IMG/VR virus record: IMGVR_UViG_3300020151_000454
Coordinates: 1-25,251 of that record
DNA from: a virus
Lineage: Duplodnaviria; Caudoviricetes
Direction: 5' to 3' (one strand)
Length of the DNA: 25,251 nt
Part shown: piece after piece, positions 24,525 through 25,251 of the stretch
Position numbering within the stretch: the stretch's first letter is position 1
Layout: each line of letters opens with the position of its first letter
Translations under genes and position numbers: made by a program
Notes under the pieces: generated by a model
Told to the model about the DNA's origin: nothing
Databases searched by the model: none
Seen by the model: the letters and a program-made list of their open reading frames with translations, nothing else

Positions 24525-24526
24525 CT

Positions 24527-25054
24527 TTACGAACCGCTGATTTGGGTCGTGGAAGCCGAGAAAGTTGCAGCGAGGATGTTCAGCATTGCATCGGGCTCCA
24601 TGCCCGTCAGCGTCATCTCGTAGCCTGAACGGTCACCGAATGCAGTACCCGTTCCAGCAGTCCCAGCGGAGGCTTCCAAGCCATTCGCAGCACCCAACAC
24701 CCAGTAGCGGTTGTTGTTGTCTTGGACGATGACCAGCAAGCGATTCCGAGCCAAGAGGCGCAATTCATTCCGCACGGCGGTCTGCAACTTGTTGATGGTA
24801 AAGGTTACTTCGGGAGTGTAGAACAAGGTTCCGTTCTCGGTGCTTGCGTTTAAGGTTTCCGTCATGGACGAAGTGGCCTTGGTCAAGTCGTACTCGTAGA
24901 ATCCTGATGAGAAACCCGTGAAGCCTGTGACCGTTCCGCTTCCGTTGGTGTTCACGGAACCCGTTGGGTTGAAGGCTTGGACAAAGACAGTTTTGATGCC
25001 GCCGACTGAATCACGGCATCCGAGGGCGTAGCCCGTAGTTAGGGAGCAAGACAT
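24527..25054 (-). CDS. Putative major tail (tube) protein
   Basis: MSCSLTTG...CRDSVGGIK, ENGTLFY and GDRSGYEMTLTG; follows the capsid gene. Confidence 0.7.
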   Translation of the reverse strand: MSCSLTTGYALGCRDSVGGIKTVFVQAFNPTGSVNTNGSGTVTGFTGFSSGFYEYDLTKATSSMTETLNASTENGTLFYTPEVTFTINKLQTAVRNELRLLARNRLLVIVQDNNNRYWVLGAANGLEASAGTAGTGTAFGDRSGYEMTLTGMEPDAMLNILAATFSASTTQISGS

Positions 25055-25083
25055 AGTGTATTTTTAGAGGGTTATGTTATACT

Positions 25084-25113
25084 AAAAAAGTGGGGGGCAG
25101 TTACCCACCCCCC
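25084..25113 (-). terminator. Intrinsic terminator after the capsid gene
   Basis: GGGGGGTGG-GTAA-CTGCCCCCC followed by ACTTTTTT. Confidence 0.8.
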
Positions 25114-25119
25114 TTACAC

Positions 25120-25251
25120 TTAGGCCAACTTCCAATCAACAACGAGGTCTGGATACGCTATGTTCACGCCTATTTTTAGGGCACACTGAAAGCGTACTTC
25201 GTCGTTATCGCGTGACCAAAACAGTTCAAAACGCTCTTCGTCGGACAAGAG
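25120..25251 (-). CDS. Major capsid protein, 3' end only
   Basis: Manual translation LLSDEERFELFWSRDNDEVRFQCALKIGVNIAYPDLVVDWKLA*; followed by a terminator. Confidence 0.7.
   Translation of the reverse strand, partial: LLSDEERFELFWSRDNDEVRFQCALKIGVNIAYPDLVVDWKLA

Noticed and set aside
24493-24540. + strand micro-ORF MRRMRTAGQRYFTNR after ACCACTAAACC
   Set aside because: No + strand promoter was seen; the promoter and terminator both point to the minus strand. It remains an alternative explanation for the sRNA match.
1-25251. Prophage, integrase or tRNA genes
   Set aside because: No integrase, att site, host genes or cloverleaf were recognised, so lifestyle cannot be determined from this window.

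Overview
This window is a contiguous segment of a tailed dsDNA bacteriophage, probably a siphovirus. The host is probably a Bacteroidota member, judged from TAnnTTTG promoter boxes, A/C-rich leaders without Shine-Dalgarno sites and a BT4734/VirE-type primase-helicase. Almost all genes are on the minus strand. From the right end the order is: capsid 3' end, tail tube, GT-B glycosyltransferase, portal (C-terminally extended), adaptor/terminator, spike/fibre genes, holin and metallophosphoesterase. Next comes a divergent + strand pair (ORF and amidase). An early/replication operon follows: Sak/Rad52 recombinase, wHTH, SSB-like protein, primase-helicase, putative origin, SF2 helicase with one in-frame TAG, VRR-NUC, DnaA-C domain protein and sigma factor. 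The left end holds the terminase, a glycosyl/methyltransferase cassette and a frameshifting tail chaperone. No integrase, tRNA or CRISPR was seen. The most notable unannotated signal is a ~65-nt promoter- and terminator-bounded small RNA (24448-24513, minus). It is complementary at 16/17 nt to the start region of the early wHTH gene, and over 13 nt to the anti-terminator of an attenuator-like leader in front of the primase-helicase, which suggests an RNA-based switch. All protein calls come from motif recognition by eye; no database searches were run.
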